A model generated the notes under the pieces. The model ran no database searches. It was not told where the DNA came from and saw only the letters and a list, made by a program, of their open reading frames with translations. Below, piece by piece: positions 28,746 to 37,295 of a stretch of 64,000 nt of DNA. The translations under genes and the position numbers were made by a program. This stretch comes from Gemmatimonadota bacterium (GTDB lineage Bacteria; Gemmatimonadota; Gemmatimonadetes; Longimicrobiales; Gaopeijiaceae), in NCBI GenBank assembly GCA_034521595.1, contig JAXHMG010000002.1, forward strand, positions 64,001 through 128,000. The letters run 5' to 3'. How positions within the stretch are numbered: the first letter of the stretch is position 1; the number at the start of each line of letters is the position of its first letter.

Positions 28746-29600
28746 GTGCCCCACCGCCTGCCCGTATTCGGGGCGCTCGCATGCGCGCTGGCCTGCGTCG
28801 GCATCGGGAGCGGCGATCCGGCGGTCGCTCTCGACGTGGCGAGGGACACCGCGCCGCGCATGGAGATCGCGTTTCTGGACGTGGGACAGGGCGACGCGAC
28901 GCTGATCCGCTCTCCCGACGGTCGGGCCGCGCTGGTCGATGCCGGACCGGGCGACCCCACCGCCCAGCTCGAAGCGCTCGGCGTCGATCGGCTCGAGCTC
29001 GTGGTCGCGAGCCATCCCCACGCCGACCACATCGGGGGCATGGAGGCCGTCCTGGATGCCTTCCCGGTGGGGGCGTACATGGACAACGCTCAACCGCACA
29101 CCACGGCCACATACCTGAGCCTGATGCGCCGCTTGAGCGCGCGGGACGATCTAACGTACCTGGAGGCGGTGCCCCGTACCCTGACGCTCGGAGACGTCAC
29201 CCTCGAGGTGCTCCCCTTGCCGCCCGGGGACGACCTGGCCCACAATGACCGCTCGATCGGGATCGTCGTTCGCTTCGGAGACTTCTCGGCCTTGCTCAGC
29301 GGAGACTCGGAGCGTCGTGAGTTGTCGTACTTCCTGGAACAGGGTGCCGTGCCCGACATATCGGTACTCAAGGCGCCCCATCACGGGAGCCGCAACGGCT
29401 TCACGACGAGCTTTCTCCGCGCGGCTCGGCCGGAGGTCGTCGTGATCCCGCTTGGCGACAACGGGTACGGCCATCCCCACGAAGCGGCCGTCCGGGCGTA
29501 CCGTGCGATGGCGCGCGAGGTCTACCGCACCGACCGGAACGGCCGGATCACCATTCTCGGACACGAGGACGGAAGCTACCGGGTGAGGACGGAGCGATGA
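28746..29600 (+). CDS. ComEC/Rec2-like MBL-fold hydrolase, exported
   Basis: FLDVGQGDA, SHPHADHIGG, NDRS, GD, KAPHHGS, NGYGHPH, RTDRNG. Confidence 0.9.
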   Translation: MPHRLPVFGALACALACVGIGSGDPAVALDVARDTAPRMEIAFLDVGQGDATLIRSPDGRAALVDAGPGDPTAQLEALGVDRLELVVASHPHADHIGGMEAVLDAFPVGAYMDNAQPHTTATYLSLMRRLSARDDLTYLEAVPRTLTLGDVTLEVLPLPPGDDLAHNDRSIGIVVRFGDFSALLSGDSERRELSYFLEQGAVPDISVLKAPHHGSRNGFTTSFLRAARPEVVVIPLGDNGYGHPHEAAVRAYRAMAREVYRTDRNGRITILGHEDGSYRVRTER

Positions 29601-29896
29601 CCGGAGACACGGGACCGGACGAGCACGAGCGCCTGTGGGTCGTCGACCGCATCGAAGGTGAGCGGGTCGTGCTGATCGAGGACGATGGCGGGCGCACCTC
29701 CGAGGTGGGCCGCTCCGGCATCGGGGCGGAGGTCAAGGAAGGGACCGTCCTTCGGGTGCCGACGTCGTCCTCCGGGCGGATGGACTGGACGCGCGCGCGG
29801 CCCGACGAAGACGAGCGCGCGGCCCGGGAGGAGGAAGCGCGGGACATCCTCGACGAGCTCCGCCCCCGCGATCCGGGAGGCGACGTCACCCTCTAA
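29597..29896 (+). CDS. DUF3006 domain protein
   Basis: VVDRIEGERVVL..VKEGTVL; typical neighbour of ComEC-like MBL genes. Confidence 0.75.
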   Translation: MTGDTGPDEHERLWVVDRIEGERVVLIEDDGGRTSEVGRSGIGAEVKEGTVLRVPTSSSGRMDWTRARPDEDERAAREEEARDILDELRPRDPGGDVTL

Positions 29897-29912
29897 AGGG
29901 CGCCCTCCGCCT

Positions 29913-30332
29913 TCAGGGACCGGACCCATCAGCGGCGGCGGCGTCCAGTCGCGCACGGAACGAGCCCACGCGCACCGGCGCGCGCCGCTCGTCGCAGTGG
30001 GAGACATAGAGGGTATCGCCGCGAACCAGGTACAGCGCGTCCTGCCGGAACCGGAGGCCGAGGTCACACGCCTCGTCGAAGGGAAGCTGGGCCGCCCAGC
30101 TCGGCTCGGCGTGCCCGGTCGTCGGCGAGTACCCGGTCACGCGCCACAACCCCTCCTCCCCCATCCGCACGCGAAGCTCGTTTTCGAGCCGTCGGTCGGC
30201 CCGTTCGCTCACGTCCGCCGGCCACGACTCCCCCGTCGTCGCGTGAGCGGACAGAATCACGAACTCGGCGGGCCACTCGTGGTGGCCCGGGGCGGGCATC
30301 CGGAAACGGGTCTCGAAGTAGGCGGGATGCAC
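29913..30332 (-). CDS. DUF3293-like protein
   Basis: FVILSAHATTGE..GYSPTTGHAEPSW..LGLRFRQDALY; GTG start inferred inside a longer spurious ORF. Confidence 0.7.
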   Translation of the reverse strand: MHPAYFETRFRMPAPGHHEWPAEFVILSAHATTGESWPADVSERADRRLENELRVRMGEEGLWRVTGYSPTTGHAEPSWAAQLPFDEACDLGLRFRQDALYLVRGDTLYVSHCDERRAPVRVGSFRARLDAAAADGSGP

Positions 30333-30444
30333 GTCCGGGCAGCGGGCTGGGGTCGGGACGTCCCGACCGGACGTCTCCTTGCTCGAAACCCCCTCGAAGC
30401 ACGCTCCGTAGGGGTCACGCACGACGACCTCAACCCGAGCTACG

Positions 30445-31476
30445 ATGCGACGTTCCACACTCCCGGCATTCCTCGCGCTCGCCGCTCTTCTTCCGGTCGC
30501 GTCGACGCCGGTGGGGGCCCAGGACGGCGCCCCCGGCCTGAAGCTCGCGGTCGGGGACGTCGGCCTCGGCATCGGCGACGTCCCCCGGCTCGACGGTTTG
30601 CGCCTGAGCTTCCGGGACCGGCACCTCGAGCGCGTCCGGGGCGTCAACGTCACGGTGTGGGAGCCGCACGAAGACGCTCGCGGCAGGGTGGAGGGCATCG
30701 CGTTGGGTCTGCCGCTCACCGGAGCCCACGACCTTCGGGGACTCGCGCTCGGCGCCGGCTTCTCGGCGGAGCGTGACTTCGACGGCGTCGGGTTCGGGCT
30801 GCTCGGAGCGGGCGTCGGCGAGCGTGCGCGCGGCGTCCTCGTGGGCGGTCTGGGCGCGGGAGTCGGCGGAAGCGTGCAGGGTCTCGCGTTGGGTGGCCTG
30901 GGCGTGGGCGCCGGCGAGAGCGTCCGCGGGGTCCTGGCCGGGGGCCTGGGCGTGGGAGCGGGCGGCCACGTGCGGGGGCTCGCCATCGGCGGTCTGGGGG
31001 TCGGCGCGGGCGAGTCGCTCACGGGGGTCGCGGTCGGCGGCCTCGGGGTCGGCGTGGGCGGTGACGCCCGGGGTCTCCTCGTGGGCGGGCTCGGCGTCGG
31101 CGGTGGTGGACGCTTGCAAGGGCTTGCGGTCGGCGGCCTCGGCGTCGGCGCCTCGGAGCTCGAAGGCATCGGGGTGGGCGGACTCGGAGTCGGCGCGGCC
31201 GACTTCACCGGCGCCATCCTCTCCGGCGTGGGGGCCGGCGTCGAGAACGGCACGGGAGTAGTCGTGGCCCCGGCGTACTTCCGCGTCGAGGAGACGGGCA
31301 CCTTCCGGGGAGTCTCGCTCAGCGCGTTCAACGACATCCGCGGCACGCAGCGCGGACTCTCGATCGGCCTGCTGAACATCGCCGAGGAGCTCCACGGACT
31401 GCAGGTCGGCCTCATCAACATCGCACGCAACAAGCGATCCCTCAGCATCCTGCCCCTCTTCAACTACCATCCGTGA
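30445..31476 (+). CDS. Exported glycine-rich repeat (beta-solenoid-like) protein
   Basis: Signal peptide; about ten 15-16 aa repeats; C-terminal GLQVGLINIA..LPLFNY. Confidence 0.8.
   Translation: MRRSTLPAFLALAALLPVASTPVGAQDGAPGLKLAVGDVGLGIGDVPRLDGLRLSFRDRHLERVRGVNVTVWEPHEDARGRVEGIALGLPLTGAHDLRGLALGAGFSAERDFDGVGFGLLGAGVGERARGVLVGGLGAGVGGSVQGLALGGLGVGAGESVRGVLAGGLGVGAGGHVRGLAIGGLGVGAGESLTGVAVGGLGVGVGGDARGLLVGGLGVGGGGRLQGLAVGGLGVGASELEGIGVGGLGVGAADFTGAILSGVGAGVENGTGVVVAPAYFRVEETGTFRGVSLSAFNDIRGTQRGLSIGLLNIAEELHGLQVGLINIARNKRSLSILPLFNYHP
30784..31254 (+). repeat. Degenerate 48-nt (16-aa) coding tandem repeat
   Basis: Consensus G-[LV]-x-[VI]-GGLGVG-A-G-x-x-x-x. Confidence 0.8.
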
Positions 31477-31606
31477 GCGGTCGACGCGGACGTCGCCTCT
31501 TCCCTTGCCGCACCGCTCCCGTCCACACATCGTGGGCGACCCCGCGCATCAGCAGCCGTCGGTGTAACTCCGCTACACCCCTGTCACTCCACGAGGCCCG
31601 GCCCTC

Positions 31607-33187
31607 ATGTACCGTTCCCACAGCTTGCAGCGGCTCCACGCCCGCATCGAAGAAGGCACGCCCTGGGACCTCATCGTGATCGGTGGCGGGGCGACGGGCG
31701 TCGGGATCGCGCTCGACGCGGCCTCCCGCGGACACGACGTGCTGCTCCTCGAGCAGAGCGATTTCGGCAAGGGCACCTCGAGCCGATCCACCAAGCTCGT
31801 GCACGGAGGGGTGCGGTATCTGCAACAGGGGAATGTCCCCCTCGTCATGGAAGCCCTCAAGGAGCGGGGGATTCTTCGTAGGAACGCGCCCCATCTCGTC
31901 ACCGACCTTCCGTTCGTGGTGCCGAACTACCGCTGGTGGGAGGCTCCGTTCTACGGCGTGGGGATGCGCGTCTACGATGTCCTCGCCGGCAAGTACGGCT
32001 TCGGTCACTCCAAGAATCTTTCGGTCGAGGAAACCGTGGACCGGATTCCGACGATCGAGACCGACGGGCTACGCGGAGGCGTCGTCTACCACGACGGTCA
32101 GTTCGACGACGCGAGGCTCCTCGTGCATCTGGCGATGACCGCCTCCGAGCAGGGTGCCACGTTGCTCAACTACACGCCCGTCACCGGCATCCTCAAGGAC
32201 GAGCAAGGATTCACGAGCGGTGTCAGGGCACGGGACCTCGAGTCGGACACCGAGCTCGAGATTCCCGGCAAGGCCGTCGTGAACGCCACGGGGGCTTTCT
32301 CCGACGCGGTCCGCGGCATGGACGACCCGTCCGCCCAGCCCATGATTCGGCCGAGCCAGGGCGTGCACATCGTCCTCGATCGGGGGTTCCTCCCCGGTGA
32401 CGCCGCGATCATGGTACCACAGACGGACGACGGGCGCGTGCTGTTCGCGATTCCCTGGTGGAACCGGGTCATCGTGGGCACGACCGACACCAGCGTGAGC
32501 GAGGTCGCCCTGGAGCCCCGTCCGCTTCGCGAGGAGGTCGACTTCCTCCTCTCCCACGCCGCGCACTACCTCACGCGCGACCCCGAGATGGACGATGTGC
32601 GCAGCATCTTCGTCGGCATCCGCCCTCTGGTGGCCAAAACAGAAGCCGACGACACGTCCGAGATCTCCCGCGAGCACGCGCTCCGGGTGAGCAACTCCGG
32701 TCTGCTCACGATCGCCGGCGGGAAGTGGACGACCTACCGGAAGATGGCCGAAGACGCCGTGGACGCCGCGGAGACCCTGGGCGACCTCGATCCCGCGCGG
32801 TGCGTGACGGAGGAGCTCAACATCCACGGGTACCACCAGCACGCGGAGCGGTACGGCGCCTTGAGCGTCTACGGCTCGGACGCGCCGGCCATCCTGGAGC
32901 TCTCCGAAGCCCGACCGGAGCTCGGTGAGCCCCTTCATGAGCATCTCGAGATCACCGGGGCGGAGGTCGTCTGGGCGTGCCGGGAAGAGATGGCGCGGAC
33001 GGTCGACGACATCCTCTCCCGGCGCACTCGATCCCTGATCTTCGACGCCCGTGCGGCAGTCGAGGCGGCGCCGTCGGTCGCGGCGCTTCTCGCGGAGGAG
33101 CTCGGACGGGACGACGCCTGGATCGACGCACAGGTCGAGGCGTTCCGGCAGATCGCCGAAGGGTATCTGCCGGAGGCGCTCGGCTAA
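31607..33187 (+). CDS. glpD: FAD-dependent glycerol-3-phosphate dehydrogenase
   Basis: IGGGATG, GTSSRSTKLVHGGVRYL, DGQFDDARL, GGKWTTYRKMAE. Confidence 0.93.
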   Translation: MYRSHSLQRLHARIEEGTPWDLIVIGGGATGVGIALDAASRGHDVLLLEQSDFGKGTSSRSTKLVHGGVRYLQQGNVPLVMEALKERGILRRNAPHLVTDLPFVVPNYRWWEAPFYGVGMRVYDVLAGKYGFGHSKNLSVEETVDRIPTIETDGLRGGVVYHDGQFDDARLLVHLAMTASEQGATLLNYTPVTGILKDEQGFTSGVRARDLESDTELEIPGKAVVNATGAFSDAVRGMDDPSAQPMIRPSQGVHIVLDRGFLPGDAAIMVPQTDDGRVLFAIPWWNRVIVGTTDTSVSEVALEPRPLREEVDFLLSHAAHYLTRDPEMDDVRSIFVGIRPLVAKTEADDTSEISREHALRVSNSGLLTIAGGKWTTYRKMAEDAVDAAETLGDLDPARCVTEELNIHGYHQHAERYGALSVYGSDAPAILELSEARPELGEPLHEHLEITGAEVVWACREEMARTVDDILSRRTRSLIFDARAAVEAAPSVAALLAEELGRDDAWIDAQVEAFRQIAEGYLPEALG

Positions 33188-33240
33188 AACTACCTCACCC
33201 CCCATTGACGGAAAGCCCGATTTCCACGATGCTCAGGCAT

Positions 33241-33420
33241 TGCTCCGGTGAACAGCGGAGCACGAATCTTGATTGAGGGCGGTAGTCTTCTTCGGGAGAT
33301 TGGCGTCTATTTTTTTTGTGACCAGGCAGGTCACGCACCGCGCGGGGACTTTCCGCGCACAGATGTAGTCGGGAAGTACGTATCATCGTTACTCCGACCA
33401 TCGACAATCCGAGGAGACGC
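33241..33420 (+). promoter_or_regulatory. Structured leader or terminator region upstream of the cold-shock gene
   Basis: Five successive hairpins, including a cUUCGg hairpin followed by T8 (33278-33317). Confidence 0.5.
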
Positions 33421-33423
33421 TTG

Positions 33424-33630
33424 ATGCGTACCAAGGGCACCGTAAAGTGGTTCAACGATCAGAAGGGCTTCGGCTTCATCACGCCGGAGGACGGTAGCAA
33501 GGATTGCTTCGTCCATCACAACTCGATCCAGGCCGACGGCTTCAGGTCCCTCGCCGAGGGCGCCACGGTCGAATTCGACGTGGTCGAGAACGAGAAGGGG
33601 CCGGCGGCGGAGAACGTCGTCCAGATCTGA
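33424..33630 (+). CDS. Cold-shock protein (CspA family)
   Basis: [36 protein letters not shown]. Confidence 0.96.
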   Translation: MRTKGTVKWFNDQKGFGFITPEDGSKDCFVHHNSIQADGFRSLAEGATVEFDVVENEKGPAAENVVQI

Positions 33631-33657
33631 GCCTTCGACGATTTCGTTGAACGGCCG

Positions 33658-33696
33658 AAGGGGCCGCCCGGTCACTGACCGGGCGGCCCCTTTTTC
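33658..33696 (+). terminator. Rho-independent terminator of the csp gene
   Basis: AAGGGGCCGCCCGGTCA-C-TGACCGGGCGGCCCC-TTTTT. Confidence 0.85.
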
Positions 33697-33732
33697 GTGC
33701 CCGCCGGTGCGGGCGTCCACTCCAAATACGAA

Positions 33733-33770
33733 ACCCCCTCACCGGCCGGGCCCGCGCCGATGAGGGGGTC
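33733..33770 (-). terminator. Probable terminator of the M14 peptidase gene
   Basis: ACCCCCTCACCGGC..GCCGATGAGGGGGT hairpin with TTTCGTATTT tail on the minus strand. Confidence 0.55.
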
Positions 33771-33802
33771 ACGTGCCGAACGGCACGCGGCAGTGAAGGC
33801 CG

Positions 33803-36505
33803 TTACCGCCGTTCAGTAACCCCGTTCAACGCCCCGTAGTAGATCCCGTTGAACAGGAACCCGAAGGTTCCATGGGACTGCGAGCGGAACGTGATCTTCG
33901 GTCCGAAGACGAAGATCTGTCCGTCTCCGTAGTCAGCCTCGAACGCTCCGACACCGTTCTCGAGGTATTCCTGACCCCACGCCCAGCCACTCTTCAGCGG
34001 GGTCGGCGTGTCGTACCACCCGATGCGGCGCACCTCCTCCGCTCCGGCCTCGATAGAGAAGGTCGGGCTGTGGCTGAACAGCACGTTCACGCGCTCCCCG
34101 TATCCGTGCGTCACGGGGCTGGTGTGATCCACCCGCATGTCGAGGATCGAGCCGGGTGTGAAATACTCCTCACGCGTGAGCGGCTCACCGTCCCGCACGA
34201 GGTGGTTCTCGACGGGAAGCCCGGCGTGGTAGGCGAGGTTCGCCGAGGAGCCGATCGCGATGGCCGCACCACCCTCCCGGACGAAGTCCAGGATGCGCGG
34301 CACGGTGGTCTCCACCGTCAAGCGACCGATCCGGTCCCGGTATTCCTCGGGTATCGACTCCGGATCGATGCCGCCTAGATCGCCGTTGCGGTCTTCGGCC
34401 GGGATGGCTCCGTCCTCGAAGAGCAGCACGTCGTATTCCGACAGGTCGTCCTCGTCGAGATCCGGCGGATAGAGCACGTCGAAATCGAACTCGAAGTCCT
34501 CCAAGATCATGCGCGTCCAGCCGGAAGGCATGGAGCCGCCGTACCGGTCCCACAGCCCGATCTTCACGGGTCCGAGCTCGACGGCCGGACCGGCCGGCCG
34601 GCCGCTGACTCCCACGAAGTCCAAGCCTTTTTCCTCGGCCAGCCGCTCCACCGTGGCGCGGTCCGTGTCGAGGTAGAACGCGCCGACGTCGAACGTGGTC
34701 CCTTCCGCGCGGACCTCGTCCGTGTACCACCACGCCGAGCCGTCCGAGCCGAGCACCCGGTTCACCGCGGTAAACGCGTCGTTGATGTGAGCCACGAGGT
34801 AGCCGCTCGCATCGGTCGGACCGGCGATGGTGCCCGCCGGCGGGGTGTCGATGACGTCCGGAATCAGTTCGAACGGCCCGTCGAAGCCTTCGAGCACGCG
34901 ATCGAATTCGATGCCCATCTGCCAAGCGAGGGTCCATCCCGTGTTGTCGTACGGCGCGGTGGGTGGGGCCCCCGGGTAGGCGAAGTCGTTCGGGTGCTGC
35001 TGCTCCTCGAACATGTCCAGCACGTGCGGGCGGAACGCCTGATCCGCCTTCACGATGTACGAGCCCGCCGGATACCGCTGTCCCTGCACCGTGAAGGCCT
35101 CGGCCGCCCGATGGACGTCCACGCCGTTGTACAGCAACGAGTTGACGAACTTCGTCGCCGTCGGGAAGTCGACCTGGCTCGACGGGATGATGAAGCCGCG
35201 CGGTTCCCGGTCCTCCGGATCACGCAGGTAGCGCGCCCAGTCGGCCCGGGTGCCACGATCCATCTCCTCGGCCGCTTCGTCGATCTCGAACGGAAGCGTG
35301 GTCCAGGAGTCACGGCTGCCGCGTTCGACCGAGTTCTTCCCCATCCGCCAGATGTTGAAGAGCAGGAGATCCGAATTGCGTGACGCGTAGTCCAGAACCG
35401 CCCAGTTCGCGGTCTGTGAATACTCCACGGACTGGCGGAAATGCCACGGCCCCGGCTCGACCGGCAGGGGATAGTCGGCCGACGGAAGCTGGGTCCTGGG
35501 CACGAACGGAATGTCGATCGGAGTCGGATGCCCGATGGTCTCCGTGAGCAATCCGATCATGTTCTTGAAGTACGGCGTCGTGCGCAGCCCGCCGTTCCAC
35601 CACGTCGAATACGGCGCGCCCGACCGCATGGTGGTGCCGCCCTTGTCCTCCCGCACGAAGCGGTGGTGCATGGCCGAGCCCACCTGATCCAGGCTGGTGA
35701 GGATCATGCCGTCGAGGTAGTGGTTCGGCGGATCACGGAACGGCGGCGCGAACATCACCGTGCCCGCCGGTCCGGTCTGGTGGTGGTTGTAGACGATCTG
35801 GGGGAACCACTCGCGATACATCGAGCGGTTCATGTTCCGCGTCTCCTCCAGGGCCGCCATGTAGAAGTCACGGTTGTTGTCGTGACCGGCGTACTTCTGA
35901 TAGAGGACGGGAACGCCGGACGTGGTCCGCTCGAGCGGATCGTCGTGCCGCATGTACCAGTTGGCGTACAAGTCGTGACCGTCCGGGTTCGCGTGGGTCG
36001 CGAGGATGATCACGTCGTCGAGGATGCGGAGCGTCTCGTCGTCGGTGTAGTCGTTCAGCCGGTACACCATCTCGGCGAGCTGCTGTGCCCCGAGGACCTC
36101 GCTCGCGTGCAGGCCCCCGTCGATCCAGACGACGGCCTTCCCTTCCTCGGCGAGCCCGCGAGCATCTTCCTCGGTCAGATCGCCGACCTTGGCGAGCCGT
36201 CGCGCGATGTCCCGGTAGCGATCGATGTTCGCGTGATTCTCGGGCGAGGTGATGATCGCCTGGATTTGCGGACGCCCCTCCTCGGTCGTGCCGATGGTGT
36301 CGAGCACCATGCGGTCGGACTGGCCGGCCAGCGTGATCCAGTAGTCGTGCAGCTCCTGGTAATTGACCAGCTCGTAGTCGGCTCCGAGCTGGTGTCCGAA
36401 CCGCTCCTCCGGTGTCGTGACCCGGTCCTGCGCCAACGCCGGAACGGCCAGCGTCAGGACGAGGAGAAGGGTCGACCAGGCCGGACGTGATAGTCGTCTG
36501 CCCAT
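33803..36505 (-). CDS. M14 family zinc carboxypeptidase, exported
   Basis: GGLHASE, NPDG, DNNRD, YNHHQ; signal peptide. Confidence 0.88.
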   Translation of the reverse strand: MGRRLSRPAWSTLLLVLTLAVPALAQDRVTTPEERFGHQLGADYELVNYQELHDYWITLAGQSDRMVLDTIGTTEEGRPQIQAIITSPENHANIDRYRDIARRLAKVGDLTEEDARGLAEEGKAVVWIDGGLHASEVLGAQQLAEMVYRLNDYTDDETLRILDDVIILATHANPDGHDLYANWYMRHDDPLERTTSGVPVLYQKYAGHDNNRDFYMAALEETRNMNRSMYREWFPQIVYNHHQTGPAGTVMFAPPFRDPPNHYLDGMILTSLDQVGSAMHHRFVREDKGGTTMRSGAPYSTWWNGGLRTTPYFKNMIGLLTETIGHPTPIDIPFVPRTQLPSADYPLPVEPGPWHFRQSVEYSQTANWAVLDYASRNSDLLLFNIWRMGKNSVERGSRDSWTTLPFEIDEAAEEMDRGTRADWARYLRDPEDREPRGFIIPSSQVDFPTATKFVNSLLYNGVDVHRAAEAFTVQGQRYPAGSYIVKADQAFRPHVLDMFEEQQHPNDFAYPGAPPTAPYDNTGWTLAWQMGIEFDRVLEGFDGPFELIPDVIDTPPAGTIAGPTDASGYLVAHINDAFTAVNRVLGSDGSAWWYTDEVRAEGTTFDVGAFYLDTDRATVERLAEEKGLDFVGVSGRPAGPAVELGPVKIGLWDRYGGSMPSGWTRMILEDFEFDFDVLYPPDLDEDDLSEYDVLLFEDGAIPAEDRNGDLGGIDPESIPEEYRDRIGRLTVETTVPRILDFVREGGAAIAIGSSANLAYHAGLPVENHLVRDGEPLTREEYFTPGSILDMRVDHTSPVTHGYGERVNVLFSHSPTFSIEAGAEEVRRIGWYDTPTPLKSGWAWGQEYLENGVGAFEADYGDGQIFVFGPKITFRSQSHGTFGFLFNGIYYGALNGVTERR

Positions 36506-36629
36506 GTCTCGTGGCGCTCCCTGTATCATGTATGGATCGAATGCGGAATGCATCCAAACGCGGCGGGATGGTATCTACCTTTATTCACCGCAACGGCGAC
36601 CACGTTCCCGCAGCAACCCACCAGGCAGG

Positions 36630-37289
36630 TCAGCTATCCCCCCCCGAGCCCCCGACGAGCGGCACGAATTGAACTCGTCCGAGCGAGGTACGCTCGAAGG
36701 TGCCACGCTCGCTACGCTCCATCCGTACGAGCTCCTGTCCGCCCGTCCCCTCACCCACCGGGATCACCAAGCGCCCGCCTTCCGCGAGTTGATCGAACAG
36801 GGCCGGCGGAACCTCGCGTCCACCAGCCGACACCAGAATCGCGTCGAACGGAGCCTCGTCCGGCAGGCCGAGCGTTCCGTCGCCGGCGATCACGTCTACG
36901 TTGTCGTAATCGAGATCCGCCACGCGCGCGGCGGCCATCCGGGCCAGGGGCTCGTGCCGCTCGATGGCGAACACCTCCCGCGCGATCCGCCCGAGCACGG
37001 CGGCGGCGTACCCCGACCCCGCGCCGACCTCGAGGACCCGGTCGTCCGGCCCCAGCGAGAGCGCTTCGGCCATGAGCGCGACGATGTACGGCTGGGAGAT
37101 CGTCTGCCCCTCACCGATGGGCAGGGGCCGGTCCTCGTATGCCTCGGCCCGGACCGTCTCGGGCACGAAGCGCTCCCTGGGGACGGTGCGCATGGCATCC
37201 AGCACCAACGGATCGCGGACGCCCCTACGCATGATTTGCCGCCGCACCATCCTTTCCCGAGCGTCGGCGAGTGAAGCGTCTCCGGACAT
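36630..37289 (-). CDS. pcm: Protein-L-isoaspartate O-methyltransferase
   Basis: AYEDRPLPIGEGQTISQPYIVA, VLEVGAGSGY, GGRLVIPVG, FVPL. Confidence 0.95.
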   Translation of the reverse strand: MSGDASLADARERMVRRQIMRRGVRDPLVLDAMRTVPRERFVPETVRAEAYEDRPLPIGEGQTISQPYIVALMAEALSLGPDDRVLEVGAGSGYAAAVLGRIAREVFAIERHEPLARMAAARVADLDYDNVDVIAGDGTLGLPDEAPFDAILVSAGGREVPPALFDQLAEGGRLVIPVGEGTGGQELVRMERSERGTFERTSLGRVQFVPLVGGSGGDS

Positions 37290-37295
37290 CCCGCC

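Noticed and set aside
28746-29896. ComEC-like MBL plus DUF3006 as a defence nuclease belonging to the TA operon
   Set aside because: Common gene pair with an export signal; co-oriented and only 6 nt downstream, but there is no evidence of a functional link
30784-31254. Possible CRISPR array or non-coding repeat
   Set aside because: Repeats are degenerate, in-frame and coding, with no constant repeat/unique spacer structure and no cas genes
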